Shown here: in pieces, positions 32,900-47,234 of the stretch | How positions within the stretch are numbered: position 1 is the stretch's first letter | How the letters are laid out: each line of letters begins with the position of its first letter | Source: the human T2T-CHM13v2.0 reference genome, Homo sapiens | Length of the DNA stretch: 64,000 nucleotides | NCBI RefSeq assembly: GCF_009914755.1 | Contig: NC_060934.1 | Reading direction: 5' to 3' (one strand) | Notes under the pieces: model-generated | Databases searched by the model: none | What the model saw: the letters and a program-made list of their open reading frames with translations, nothing else | What the model was told of the DNA's origin: nothing | Made by a program: the position numbers and the translations under genes

Positions 32900-33130
32900 G
32901 AACATGCATTCAAAAGGGATGACATCACCCCAAGGGACTGAAAACTGTGGCTAAAAAAGTCTTAGGTATTACAATGCTTTGTGGTCCCCCAAAGCTCAAC
33001 CCTATCTGGCAAAATCCTATTTCTTAATATTTAATATAATGGAGGAGGATGAGTAAGAAAAGAAAAGAAGTCTGAAAAGTCTCCCTAGGTGGGTAGTAAT
33101 GAAAAAGAATGTTGAGAAATACCATCTTAG
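32900..33130. mobile_element. hAT-Charlie MITE (MER106-like)
   Basis: catcaccccaaggg...cttaggtattacaatgctttgtggtcc...gtaatgaaaaagaatgttgagaaatac; subfamily uncertain. Confidence 0.45.
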
Positions 33131-36100
33131 AAAGCACCAGGGTTTGCAAGACTCTTGGTCTCTTCAAGACTCTGTTTTCCCAACTCTGAGATGGAAATAA
33201 ACTTTGCATCCTAGTGTCTACTGAATCCCAGGCTCTGCTGCTTCACTCTCTACTGAAGGATATAGAATCTAGAGCCTCAATTTCTGGCAAAATATCAGAA
33301 GGAAATTTTTCATAAAGATGGTAAAATGTTATGCGCAGTGACACTTGTTGTGGCATGTTTCATACTTTGTCAGTATTCATTAAAAGTTATGAATTGGGAG
33401 ATAATCCAAATGCTCCAGAGCAGGAAAGAAGCTGAGAAAAGTATGATGCATCCACTCACCAGAACATTCTGCAACCTCACAATCACAATTATGAAGACAG
33501 CATGGAAAATGGCTAATGATCCAATATTCGCTGAGAAACACAGGGCCAAGATGTAACTATCCTCTCATCAAAACCGTAGGAATTCTGTGAATACAGAAGT
33601 TCAAACACCGGATGGAAATGGGGAGAAAATGAAAACTGCCTTTTTTTTAGAGTAGTGGGTTCGTGGAGGATTTGTCTTTAGGCTTTTGGTTTGCATTTGA
33701 TGCTGACACAATATTGTTTATCCAGTGAATGCAAGTTTTTGTTTTGTTTTGTTTGTTTGTCTTTTAAAGAGGAGAGTGGAGAAGAGGAAAGTTCTCTTCT
33801 GCCATCGTTCCTCATTTGTCTGAGAAACAGGCACCGCACCTGGCCCAATGGAAAAGAAATTCCAGAAGAAGGGAAGAGGGAAGGAATGGAGTTGAGTGTG
33901 TCTGGATCTAAAGGCTTGCTGCTCCGCCCTGGCTTCCTGTCCCCACAGGGTCAGGCTGAGTGTGGTGCAAGTGGGTGGGTCAGCCATGGTCCCCACAGCC
34001 TGATGTCCCCGGCCATCCTTAGTTGCCCTGGAAATCAATGTCATTAGATGGCTGCCTTCCAGCCTGTGTCTGCCTATGTTACTTTTTTCCACCCATATCA
34101 CACTGTCTACATATGGGCCATCAGCCAGTACTTCCTGGGCATTTGGGACCTGACAACACTGTGCCCAAACCAAAGTAGGTCATTAACCTTGTCCTCAAAA
34201 TCACTTCTTCCTTTTCTCCACAGAAGCACACCAGGCCTCTCTCTCTCCCCAACTCACTCCAACGGGTGACCTCCACTGGGCAGCCTGCCTCAGGAATGCC
34301 TCTCCTCTCATCCTTCTTCAGGCACAGAGGCCCGCCCTCCATACAACTTCCAGAAAGACAGCTCTGCACACCTAAAGAACCTCCACAGACCCCTGCATCA
34401 GGACAACAGCCTCTCCTGGCACTCAGGACCAGCCTCCTCCTAGCTGCCTGCAAATTGTCACAGAACACACCTGTCGGCTCTGACCCCATGCCTTCACTCT
34501 TGCTGTCCTCTCTGCTCAGAGCACCCTCCCACCACCCCTGCCTGCCAGTGCCAGCCACGCACGTTGGATGACAGCTGACCCCCTCTGCAACCAAAACCTT
34601 CCAAACCATGGCCAAGCAGATGGCTCCCTTCTCTCTCCCATCCCCCATGACTGTAAGGACCTCAAATACACAGATTGATCAAGTGTACACTTATGGATGA
34701 TAAAATGACAGGGTCTCTTCCCTCATTGTCCCAAGTGAGGGAGACAGGCAATGTACATATAAACCAGCAATTAAGCAAGTATAAATTGCAACACACGCTA
34801 TGAAGGTCCTCAGTATTTTCTTGGAATAATTCCCTTTCTCCGCCTTATAGTGTCAATGTCAGGACTTTCTCCTTCCTCTCCTCCTCCCTTCTCCACCCCA
34901 ACCACCTGCAGCTTCCCACTGCCTGGAACTGTGCCTTGCAAGTCAGTGCTCTCTGCAAAAAAAGTCCCCTCATTATCTTCCTCGTACAAGGCAATAAGGT
35001 TTTCTATTTTCACTTCTTGCTTCCTGCTTCTGTTTCTCATTTGTTTTTTGTTTGTTGTAAATGTCTCTTTCAATAGTAGGAAAAATGAACAAGTTTTTCC
35101 TGAGGGAGAAAGATTTCTACAGTAACCTAGCAGACTCCATATGGGGAAGTTGCTCAAAATATTGACTTCTTTCCCATTCCCAGGAGCCAGGAATCCAAAT
35201 GGCAAATCATTTCTGGCTTGAACACTCTTCAGGATTGATGGGCGCTCTCCTGGACAGTCTCTAGTTGATAACTGCTGAGCTGTGGGATCGCACAGGGGTC
35301 TCCCAGTGTCACCCAAGGGGGCTGCACTGATTATCCAAAGGTCCCTCTTGGCTCCAGTAGTGATCAGTCGCCTAGAGTAATGAAGCATACTCCGCTTGCT
35401 TTCCTTGTAAGAAAAGAGCCCCAAGTCTCCATGCATGACAACTATTTACAGATAACAGCTACCTAGAGTCTCTGTGCAATTCACTCATTTTAAATGCATT
35501 GGGATTTATTGCTTTTGACATTAATTGCACTGAGTTGATATTTGTCTCATTTCTGAGCTCAAGAAGCTGTCCTGAGATGTCCAGTGAGCAAAGCGGAGTT
35601 AACACACCAGTGCTCCATAAAATGGAATGGCAAGCAGAGCCATATAAATACCCTCAAAATGTAGAGCAGCAGGGATGATTCACAGCCCTCAAGTCCAAAC
35701 ACATTCTCTTGATTTCTGAAGAGCAAGACAGCAAGAAGATTTCTTAGCACATCCCACCTCTAAGTCTGTGCTGACAGGTGTCTGGAAGCTGTGTGTGAGT
35801 ATCTCAAGTTAGATCACATCAAGACAAACCGGGCTTGTTCATTCCATGGGATTGGAGCTCCGCTTAATTACTCTGACCTCAGAAACATCTTCCACATTTG
35901 TAGTGGATGGCTGCTCCCCTCCCTTAGCACCTACAAGCCCTCCCTTTGAGCCATGTTAATTTGCCCTTGCTGAATCCTTGTTCTGTAAATGTATTCAGAA
36001 GGACATTTCTGCATGTTCTGTCTCTTCAGATTCTTAGCTCTCTAAGGATTTCTCATTTGCCAGCTCCTCCCCATGCTTTCTAGCACATGCTGGGGGTGGG

Positions 36101-36316
36101 CACAGAACAGGATTTCATAGGCACCGCACTTAGCGTAGGTACTGCCTTTTTAGCTTGTCCTAATAAACACACCGTCCCTTCCCCCTTCTGCACTCGGTAT
36201 GCAAATGCTGTCAAAAGCTCAGAACTATTGGGTTTCTATAATTAAATCTGGGGAAAAATCTCATCTGGGATTGTCTTTTCTTTCTAAAAATACTAAGAGC
36301 TATGAAGCTATTAACC

Positions 36317-36494
36317 AGTAGTTCTGAAACCTGGCTGGACAGCAGAATAACAAAAAGAGGATTTAAAAATCTGGATCCCCAGGCCCCTGTCTCCTAAGGA
36401 TTCTACTTTAATTGGCCTGAGACGGGGCTCAATTATCAGTAGCTTCACAAATTTTCCCAGGTGATTCCAATATGCAACCAAGATTGAAACTCTG
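36317..36494. mobile_element. MER5-type hAT-Charlie MITE
   Basis: cagtagttctgaaacctggctg...ttcccaggtgattccaatatgcaaccaagattgaaactctg. Confidence 0.7.
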
Positions 36495-37003
36495 AGAAAC
36501 TGAATAATAAGGGGTAGTGCTATAGTCTCTCAGTGCTGTTTTCCCATCTGTAGATAACAATAACAACAGTCCCTACCCTTCTAGAGTTATTAGGAGGACT
36601 GAACGTGATCATGTATGTAAGTTGATCCTATGTGAATATTTCCCACTATTATTATCTATGTCATCCTAGATCCTTTTTCTTCTTCAACTCTGCATATGAC
36701 CAACATCCTTAAATCAGTGATAGCACTCAAAAACACAATAATTCTCAAGACCTAGAATATTAACTGAGAAGAACCTGGATTCAAATTGTGTTTCAACAAT
36801 CTGCCAGCCAGGAAGCCTTCCTCTGGTCACCTGAACCCAGAATCTTGAAATGACAAGCATTTAGTGTGTCTTCAGCAAACCAAATGATCATTCAGATCCC
36901 TAATCATCAATTTCTGGAAAAAAAAATTTAAGTGCTTATGGACACATAATATGTTGCTTTTTTGACAAATTCCTGGCATGAGGCTTTGTGATCTGGGTCT
37001 TAC

Positions 37004-37092
37004 CTGGCGCATTTCCTTATAATTGTGGTGCTTAAAATCCAGGTCATCAGTGGTGGTCATCTCGTTCCGGCGGTGATAATAATTATTAGGAT
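37004..37092 (-). CDS. CPXM2: CPXM2 exon 7: (D)PNNYYHRRNEMTTTDDLDFKHHNYKEMRQ
   Basis: ccctag|AT acceptor, CAG|gtaaga donor; 89 nt, phases 1/0. Confidence 0.97.
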
Positions 37093-37264
37093 CTAGGGAC
37101 AGAAACATGATTTTGCATTTACTCCCATCATTCTATCTCCCATGGCACCTCTGTTAGAGACACATGGGGACTGCACGGACAGTGCAGCCCAATCTCTAGC
37201 TTCTAACGTTGGCTCAGAGATGAGAAAACCAACCTGCAGGAAGCAACTTAGGAGTCCAAATTAC

Positions 37265-37490
37265 CCAGTGGTTAAGAGTGGGGAGCCAGAATGCCTGGGT
37301 TCAAATCTCCGCTCTTCTACTTACATGCTGTATGAGTATGTAAGTGGGCAAGTCACTTGCACAGTGTTTGACTTGGTTTTTTACCCATAAACAAGAAAAA
37401 GAATGGTACCTCCCTCAATGGTTTATTTTTAGCATAAATGGGACAAATCTATGCACCTGGCAAGCTGTCAACACTGCATAAATAAATGAG
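37265..37490 (+). mobile_element. MIR
   Basis: cagtggttaagagtgggagccagaatgcctgggttcaaatctccgctct...gggcaagtcactt. Confidence 0.7.
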
Positions 37491-39565
37491 TGAATATCGT
37501 GACTACACACACATACTTGGAGACTTCTGGAAGGATGTGGACCCTATAAGCCTTTTACCCAGCATTCATTCCCCTTCCTTCCTTCCTTCCTTCCTAAAAA
37601 AGTCCTATGTTTGGGAATCCCTTTTTCCACTTCTAGGAAGATCTCAAGTCCCCAGCTCCAGGGCTCCAACATGACTGGACAATCAGAACACAGCATCTAC
37701 TGGCCACTGTAATTGATCCAGATTGAAGGGAAAGACTTGACTGACACAGAGGAGGATTGAGTAACAATCTCTCCCCAGCAGTAAGAATACAGAAGCATGT
37801 TGCCCACTTGCTACTGTGGCCATCTGACCTCAAGAAGAACTAGCCTCAGGATGACTTCCGTGATGTGGATGACCCAGAGCAGAAGTCAGAGAACTCCAGT
37901 AACACTAAGAACAACTGAATCAACCAACCCCAGAGCCCAATCTTGGACAAGATAAAGAACCCCCTTTGCAGCTAAGCCAGTGGGAGCTGGGGTTTCTGCT
38001 GTGGGAGCTGAAGCACCCTGGCGGGTATAATCAGAATGTGTTAACAGAGCTGACCTTTGGGGACTGGGATTCGGGGGGTCAGGGAGGCAATGTCTGCTCT
38101 TCACTTGATTCCCTTCCATATAAATTGACTCCCTCTCTGCATTCCTATAAGCCTGTATGGTTTATATAGTTACAAAACCCAAGAACACAGGGCAGAGAGG
38201 AGAGGACAGGGAGGAGCAAGAACAAGAAGGAGGGCAACTGGGAAGAGACCACTCCATCTGCCTCGAGGTCCCCCAGCCAGCCTGGTGGCATCTCTGTCAG
38301 GAAGACGCCACTGGAAATGTGGTGCATTTTCTGCTCAGTGTTCAGCGCTCCCTCCAATGCAGAGAACCCGCAGCCCTAGGAACCATGTGAGCAATGTGAG
38401 AACCATGCAGCTGTCTGTTTAACCCAGTGGCTCCTAGGGCCACTCTAGAGGCAGTGGGGGCAGTAGGGGGCCGAACACTCTGTGTTATGTGGAGCAGCGA
38501 GGCCAGATCTGTGCCACCAACTGTGGTCCACAGACCAGTAGCATTGCCTGTTCGCTATACCCAGCCCCGATCTACTGAATTAGAAACCACATTGCAACAG
38601 GATCCCAGCTGGCTCTGCAGACATTCACAGTTTGAGAACACTCACACATGTTACACACATCTGCCATCAACTGAGCCAGCCCTGTGCCTGCATCCCCACA
38701 GCCACAGGTCACAAGTGCCATACCCGAACTGATCGAGGTTCACTTAAAGACTGGCTTCACCCTTGAGAACAGCCCACTTGCAACAAGTTAAAAATCACAT
38801 ATCGACCCAAGCACTGAAAACACAGCTTTTAATATTCACAAACGGCTTTCCAGTCATGCAATTACAAACAAATAACTGTTATGCGAAGGGAAATAATGTA
38901 GGAGTGCAACTGGCATTTTGTCCACACAAGAAAGCAAAGTCATTCCGGCTTAGCCAGATGCCTCAGTGATTTCTCAAGCCCTTTCCTTTTAGGAGTGGAG
39001 GCTGACCACACCTCAGGCAAGCTGCCTTCCCTTTGATTTCCAAACCTGCCAGTTTCAAAGCAAAGGCAAAACATGTATTTTGCATTCATTTACACCTAAC
39101 TTACTCGCAGGCTATTTTCTAAGAGCTATTCAACACGCCCTAAACCTCGGGGGCGTCTTTTCAAAGGACTTTAAAGCCCCTTTTGTTTTGGAACACAAAT
39201 TATGCCTTCAAGGTTCTCAAAAAGGATTGAAGAAAAACTGAGAGCCCTAAGTACAAAAGAGCTCTATGTTTGGCAACATTCTTCCTTCCTCAAGGCTAAT
39301 AGGGCTTCTGAAAGGTATGGGTACCTTTTCCAGAACTGTCTCAGAACTTCACAACTTTCAGTCACCCACATTTTGAACAAATACTCCCTTACTTGTCCAT
39401 TTATTCTGATTAGACAAAGTTTTATTGAGACCCTCCCTATTAGGAGCCCAGCACTTAGGTAAGAAATGAGTGAGGACCGAGCCCAGAGTCCACAGACAGA
39501 GCCGGTTAGTCATCTAAGCCTGCTATCCCCTGCTTCCTTCTGTGGACAAGAGAAGCCCTTCCTCC

Positions 39566-40198
39566 TGTCAGAGTTGTTTGAACCAGAGTGACTCCATCTT
39601 GAATAGGAGCTGCGGAAAATGAGGCTGAGACCTGCTGGGCTGCATTCCCAGTAAGTTAGGCATTCTAAGTCACAGGATGAGATAGGAGTCTGGCACAAGG
39701 TACAGGTCATAAAGACCTTGCTTATATAAAACCGGTTGCAGTAAAGAAGTCGGGAAAACCCATCAAAACCAAGATGGTGACAAGAGTGACCTCTGGTAGT
39801 CCTCAGTGCTCATTATACACTAATTATAATGCATTAGCATGCTAAAGACACTCCCACCAGCTCCATGACAGTTTACAGATGCTATGGCAAGATCAGGAAG
39901 TTACCCTATATGGTCTAAAAATGGAGGGACCCTCAGTTCCGGGAATTGCCCACCTCTTTCCCAGAAAACTCATTAATAACCCACTCCTTATTTAGCATGT
40001 AATCAAGAAGTAACAAGAAATAGAAGCAGCTGAGTGGCCCATGCCGCTGTTCTGCCTGTGAAGTAGCCATTCTTTCTTCCTTTACTTTCTTAATAAACTT
40101 GCTTTCAATTTACTCTATGGATTCATCTTGAATTCTTTCTTGCACGAGGTCCAGGAACCCTCTCCTGGGGTCTGGATTGGGACCCCTTTCCGGTAACA
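39566..40198 (+). mobile_element. Solo MER41B LTR (ERV1), 633 bp
   Basis: tgtcagagttgtttgaaccagagtgactccatcttgaatagg ... gggacccctttccggtaaca; near-TSD ctcc/ctca; length fits MER41B. Confidence 0.9.
39937..39966. promoter_or_regulatory. Tandem GAS (STAT) motifs TTCCGGGAA and TTCCCAGAA in MER41B
   Basis: Two exact TTCN3GAA matches at 39937-39945 and 39958-39966. Confidence 0.7.
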
Positions 40199-40842
40199 CT
40201 CATGTGGGGAATCTATTCCAGGTGCTTCAGATATGCAAGTGTAAGCATGTGACTCAGGAACACACTTCCTTCCTTCAGCTAGGCACTGGCTCAGAGATGA
40301 TCTCCCAGGATCCAAGCCAGGCCGATCAGATGACTTTTCTCACAGAGCTTGCAGGAGCACAGTCTCTTCTGCTGGAGCCCTTGGAGGGTAGGATGTGAGT
40401 GGGAGGTGTGTGTGGCCAACCTGCCAGTCTGCAAGTTAGTGACAGAGGGAGCCCTGACCTCCACACAAAGGCCCTGAAACGTCAGATCTATTCTTGCCTA
40501 AAGCCAAAGTCAGACCTGCCCCTGGAATTTTCGCTTATGTGAGCCCTAATTTCTTTACATTTTTCTTAACCTAATTTGAGTAGGACTTCTGACCTTTGAA
40601 ACAGGAATTCAGGCTGATCCAGTCTATGGGGGCTTTATCCTTACAGAGGGAGCTTTGATCCCTTCCTGTGGTTACTTCTATACCTCCTGTATATGGAAAA
40701 CTAGCTGATTCCTCTGCAACACCTTAGTTATGTGGATCGACAAACTCCAGAAGTAGCGCCTGAAATGCTCTTTCCAACCTTACTTCCTTATTAAACTACT
40801 CAAGCATTCTGCTCTGTCCAAATTGGTCTACTAATCCTGCCC

Positions 40843-41270
40843 TGTTATGGTCTGAATTGTGCTCTCCCACCAAAGAAAAGCTATGTTGGAGTCCTCACCC
40901 CCAGTGCTTGAGAGTGTGACCTTGCTTGGAGATGGAGTTCTTATGAAGGCTTTTGAGTTCAAGTGAAGTCATTAAGTGAGTCCTCATCTGATAGGGAGAT
41001 TTGAATATGGACACACACAGGGGGAACACCAGGTGAGTGAAGGCAGAGGCTAGGGTGATGCATTTACAAGCCAAGGGATGTCAAAGGCTGACATCGTACC
41101 ACTGGCAGCTCTGAGAGAGACCTGGAACAAATTCTCCCTGACAGCCCCAGAAGAAACCAGCCCTGTTGACACCTTGCTCTCGGCTTCTGGCCTCCAGAAC
41201 TGTGGCAGGATAAGTTACTCTAAGCCACCAGTTTGGGGCACCTGGTTATACCAGCCCTAGGAAGCTACCA
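40843..41270 (+). mobile_element. MLT1C-type MaLR LTR
   Basis: tgttatggtctgaattgtg...acaagccaagggatg...cttctggcctccagaactgtg...cagccctaggaag. Confidence 0.8.
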
Positions 41271-41671
41271 CCTGCCCTAAACATCTCTGCCTCCTCACCC
41301 CTGAGTCCTCCTGTGGTTTTCTTTTGACTCCTCAGAGACCAGAACAGATGGCCGCTGCCCCATAGGGCCTTCTGGTCACCCTCATCTCAGTCATTTCTTA
41401 CTCCTCAGACATGGTCATAAAAATAAATCCTTCAATCACCTGGACTACCCTTCATCTCCTTTCAATAATCTATTCCCAGGTATCCCTGATGTAAATTCTT
41501 GGGAGCCCTCTGGAGACTTAAGAGCTCACTCCCTCACGAAGCAGCCTCTGGTGCTATTTTCAGCCCTGATTGCTAGGAAGGTCCTCCTTTATCAAGCTGA
41601 AGTCTACCTGCTGATCTTAATTCTTTCCTCTTCAGCTATGATGACTAAGCCTTCTCCCGTTCACGTACGAT

Positions 41672-42070
41672 TGAGGCAGAAGAATAGGGTCTGGAAGAAG
41701 GAAACATAAGGCCGATTCATACTGACTTCCTAGAACTAAATCAAATGGAAACACTTCAGCTATGACAGGAAATATCCTTTCCATTCACAGAGGGCATATA
41801 CCAAGTAAAGGACTTTGTAATTTTACTTCATCCTCTTCATTTACATAGGGCGTACACGAAGTGACCAGTGGAAACCTCTAGAAAATTCTGTAATGAGGCT
41901 CTTGAGCCCCTATGCTCAGGCCCACCCCCACCCTGCGGTGCATACTTTCATTTTGATTTTCAATACATCTCTGCTTTTGTTGCTTCATTCTTTCCTTGCT
42001 TTGTTTGTGCATTTTGTCCAATTCTTTATTGAAGATGCCAAGAACCTGGACACCCTCCATCAGTAACATA
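41672..42070 (+). mobile_element. Solo MER61-type LTR (ERV1)
   Basis: tgaggcagaagaatagggtctgg ... gccaagaacctggacaccctccatcagtaaca; acgat on both flanks. Confidence 0.75.
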
Positions 42071-42274
42071 ACGATCCTACAGGTTTGGAAGAAATGTAGC
42101 CTATTTTCCCCTGAGTTGTCTCTGTTCCTGCCTAAATATCCCTATTCCCTGCACCGCCCTTATGATGATTTCCATGGCTCTCACTGCCCCGGTTTCCTCC
42201 TCTGAACACACTCTATTTTATCTGTTGCTTCCCCAACCTGTATCACTTGGGACTCTGACATGTGGCCTAACAAC

Positions 42275-42386
42275 AAAGCAACCAACTTGTCCCAGATTTT
42301 CCCAGGACTGTCCTGGTTTTAAACAGAAAGTGTCGTGTCGTTGGAACCCCTCAGTCCCTGGCAGCCTGGGATGGTTGGTCACCCTC
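42275..42386. mobile_element. MER81-like hAT-Blackjack MITE
   Basis: accaacttgtccc ... gggatggttggtcaccct inverted termini. Confidence 0.6.
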
Positions 42387-42453
42387 TCCAACTAGCTCAA
42401 GCAACTTTGGCTTGGTATCTCCTTTCCTGTGACAACTTAATCATGTGGCTTAA

Positions 42454-42764
<311 letters not shown>

Positions 42765-43368
42765 CACTTTAGCTTCTTAAGGATCACAGCTCTGACTAGG
42801 CAGATGCATGCCTGCAGATGTCTTCTAGTTAAAAATTTAATTATTAATTGATCAGCTTGTTGTTTTGCTGTCGTAATGACCACAGTATATGAGAAAGCAA
42901 TCTCATGATCCCATCTTGGGCTAGATATGACCTACATTTGGCCAATGCCCATTGATTTATGCAGATGTAGCTTTAATCTTGAAGCAAAAAGCTTTTACTG
43001 ACTTCATCCTATTGTTCACTGAACACTGCTACATGCCCAGCACTGTGTGAGATGCTGGGGAAATAAGCATGAAAGATACAATGACCCCAACCATGAGAGG
43101 CTCACTCAAGGCTCGTGGAAGGAGCACACGCATCTGTAGACAGAGACGGACGTGTGGCAAAGGCTGCGTTCCTCTTCATCCTCTGTTTTGGGAAGCATAT
43201 GTGAGAGAGAGAATGAGAGACAGAGGCCCTGCTTCCAGCTGCCTTCCCTGAAACACGAGGCCTAAGCTCTGTGGCATCAGGCAGTTCAAGCAGACACTGA
43301 CCCCATACCTGACGGCAAACAATTGGACATTCCCAGGACCCTATGCACATCCACAGGTTGTTTAGAAG

Positions 43369-43915
43369 TGAGAAATAAAAATAAAATTCTAAGCCCCCAA
43401 CTGATGGAATGGAACACCTCTTGGCCAAGAGAATCCCAGAGAAATTTGGAAGCTGAGTCCACCACCACAACGGATGGAGACGGGACACATCTCATTATAC
43501 CCCATTCCTTACTGCCAGTCATTTGGCTTTCTACCCTATGGGCTAAACAGAAACCAGCCCTTTCAAAAGACAAGATCCTTCCAGGCACAGCTTATCTTCC
43601 CAAGCACCAAAAAAAGACAAGATCCTTCACCTCTCCCTGAGACGTCGCCTCCTCTATTCCCTTTTTCTTCAAATGTTCACCTATCTTATGTCAAATGTAG
43701 ATTCACTGGGCACTAAAGTCTCCCAAGGATGTCATCATTTGCCTCAGTGCCAACCTGCCCCCCTTCTTGTAAGGAAAATGTATAAATACTAAACCTCCTG
43801 AGAACCTCTTTGAAAAAAACAGCCACAGATGCTTCTGTGACTTGTGTTTCTCCCAGGCACACCCTCCAGCTGGCCCAAAAACCGTGGTGATTTGGGACTC
43901 AGGCCACAATCCCTC
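43369..43915 (+). mobile_element. MER39-type LTR (ERV1)
   Basis: tgagaaataaaaataaaattctaagcccccaactga...ctcttggccaag...; 3' edge approximate. Confidence 0.7.
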
Positions 43916-44221
43916 AGAGGAGGTTGGCTAAGGCTGGAGTGTCAGTGGTAGGAGGCTCCAAGGTGGCTCCCAGGTGGCTACAGCCAGTTCCCCATGCAGC
44001 TGGGCTGTGAGCTATGCTGGGGACAAGATGACAGTGCAGACAGAGATGGAAAAGGGACACAATTGGAAGAGAAGATCTAGGAAAGGTGGAAGGAAGCCCC
44101 AGGTGGGCTTGGCAGCATCAGAACCCATCTCACCCTCACTCTTGCTGGTACCAGCACCCACACCAGCCACAGCTCAGGACTCCTGAGCCCCAAACCAAGT
44201 GCCTGCTCACTACATGAGACT

Positions 44222-44409
44222 TTTTTTTTTCTTTGAGATGAAGTTTTGCTCTTGTCACCCAGCCTGGAGTGTAGCTCACTGCAACCTCCTGAGTAACTGG
44301 GATTACAGGCACCCACCACCACGCCCGGCTAATTTTTGTATTTTTAGTAGAGACGGGGTTTCGCCATGTTGGCCAGGCTGGTCTCAAACTCCTGACCTCA
44401 GGTGATTTG
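44222..44409 (-). mobile_element. Alu, 5'-truncated with internal deletions
   Basis: TSD tacatg(a/g)gact; right arm collapses at gcaacctcc|tgagtaactggg. Confidence 0.88.
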
Positions 44410-44721
44410 TACATGGGACTATTCTTAAAAGAACAGTAAGAATCCCAGATCAAGTCCCATTACTGGGACTTCAAAGGGACCAAGATTTTGGGCTGCTCTG
44501 CTTGCTGTTTGCTGCCTTCTGGTTGGGACCTTGACTGAAATGAGTAGGTGCTTGGCTGGGGAAAAGAGGTTCCTTTTTTGGGAAGGTGGCTCACCTGCAA
44601 CCCAGAAGCCCGGGCTCAGGATGCCTGTGAATGCTCTATCCAGACCGGCAGACCCATAGGGACAGCAGATTCCAAGTTACCCGGGGATGGCGGAGGGGCT
44701 GGGGAGTGATTACTCCGGGTT

Positions 44722-45564
<843 letters not shown>

Positions 45565-45569
45565 GGTTC

Positions 45570-45720
45570 AGGGAGGTTTTAGGGGTGATGACAAAGTTTT
45601 GAAACTAGAGAGAGCTGGGGCTTGCACAGCATTATGAATGCACTAACTATCGCCAAAGCGTACACTTTAAAAGGCTTAGTGTATATTATATGAATTTCAC
45701 CTTGATTGAAAAAAAAAAGA
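45570..45720 (+). mobile_element. L1MB-type 3' end
   Basis: ggggtgatgacaaagttttgaaactaga...gtacactttaaaagg...gaatttcacctt followed by poly-A. Confidence 0.65.
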
Positions 45721-46660
45721 AAGGATCCCTGGCCCCAAAGTGCTCTCCGAGGACTGAGGACACCAGAGGTGCTTGGTCACAAGAGATTTTTCTTTACCTG
45801 GCACAATGCCAGCCTCCCACCCAAGGAGCAGCTGCCATTGTGGCCTTGTGACCTCCCCAAACCCCAACATGCTCAGCAGACCCCTGAACAAAGATGGTGT
45901 GAGCTGAGCACGAAACCCCTCCCACAAAGAGCTGGCTGTCTGAGGCAGTCACCTTTGTCCAGACCCCATTGACTGCTCTGATGACAAGGTAATTCCTATA
46001 GAGCAAGGCCACGAGAGACCCAGGAGCTGCGGACCCCCAGGCACAGCCTCACCTGATCCTGGGTCATCACTGTCAGCAAGAACATCAAACCTGCCGCCCC
46101 ACAGGGCCCCTCAGAGGGGGCAGCACAACCTCTGTGCTTATTCACTCACTTCCATCCCATTTCCTATGTCCCCATCTCACGACTTCTCCACTGTGGGAGC
46201 AGAAGTCCAGGAAACCCTCTGGTTCCTTGGCAGATGCTGCTGTGCCAACAGCCCAGGGCCAATTTGCAGCTTGACTGGCAGGGAAGCTGTCAGGAAAGAC
46301 AGCTTTCAAGAGTGTGGCTGTTTTAACAGTTTCCCAAGATCATCAACATTGGGCAGCTGGACCACGAAGAGAAATCTCACATTTATTTAAACTTGGTAAT
46401 GTTAGAAACAAATGCTTGTTCCTTGGTGCTTAAAAGAAGAACCAGCACTCAAAGAATTTTCCCAGCAAGGCAATTTTCCTTCTATAGAAGGGTGCAATGT
46501 GCAGATGGAGCAACGGTGAGAGCACACCTGAACAAGGGAGGGGAAGGGGTTCTTATTCCTGATGCAGTAGCCCCTACTGCTGCGTCGTTCCCCTATTGGC
46601 TAGGGTTGGACCACACAGTCTAAGCTAATTCCGATTGGCTATTTTAAAGAGAGCAGGGGT

Positions 46661-46970
<310 letters not shown>

Positions 46971-47043
46971 AGAGAGCAGGGGTGCGAGCCGGAGTGGCGG
47001 GAAAGGTGGTTACAGAACAGGTGACTCAGGATAATTCAGGTCA

Positions 47044-47234
47044 GAGCAGGTGACCAGGGGTGACTCAGGATGGAGCAGGTGACTAGGAGTGACTGAAGAC
47101 GGAGCAGGTGACCAGGGGTGACTCAGGATGGAGCAGGTGACTAGGAGTGACTGAAGACGGAGCAGGTGACCAGGGGTAACTCAGGATGGAGCAGGTGACT
47201 AGGAGTGACTGAAGACGGAGCAGGTGACCAGGGG
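47044..47234. repeat. LTR10-internal tandem repeat: 58-bp dimer (two 29-bp units) x3.3
   Basis: gagcaggtgaccaggggtgactcaggatg-gagcaggtgactaggagtgactgaagacg starting at 47044, 47102, 47160 and 47218 (partial). Confidence 0.95.

Noticed and set aside
34810-35436. 208-aa minus-strand ORF in intron 7
   Set aside because: No recognisable motif or exon-like borders; compatible with chance.
41672-42070. p53 response element or promoter in the MER61-type LTR
   Set aside because: The closest half-site gggcatatac lacks the CWWG core. The TATA-bearing segment seems deleted relative to the recalled consensus, and the poly(A) hexamer reads aataca.
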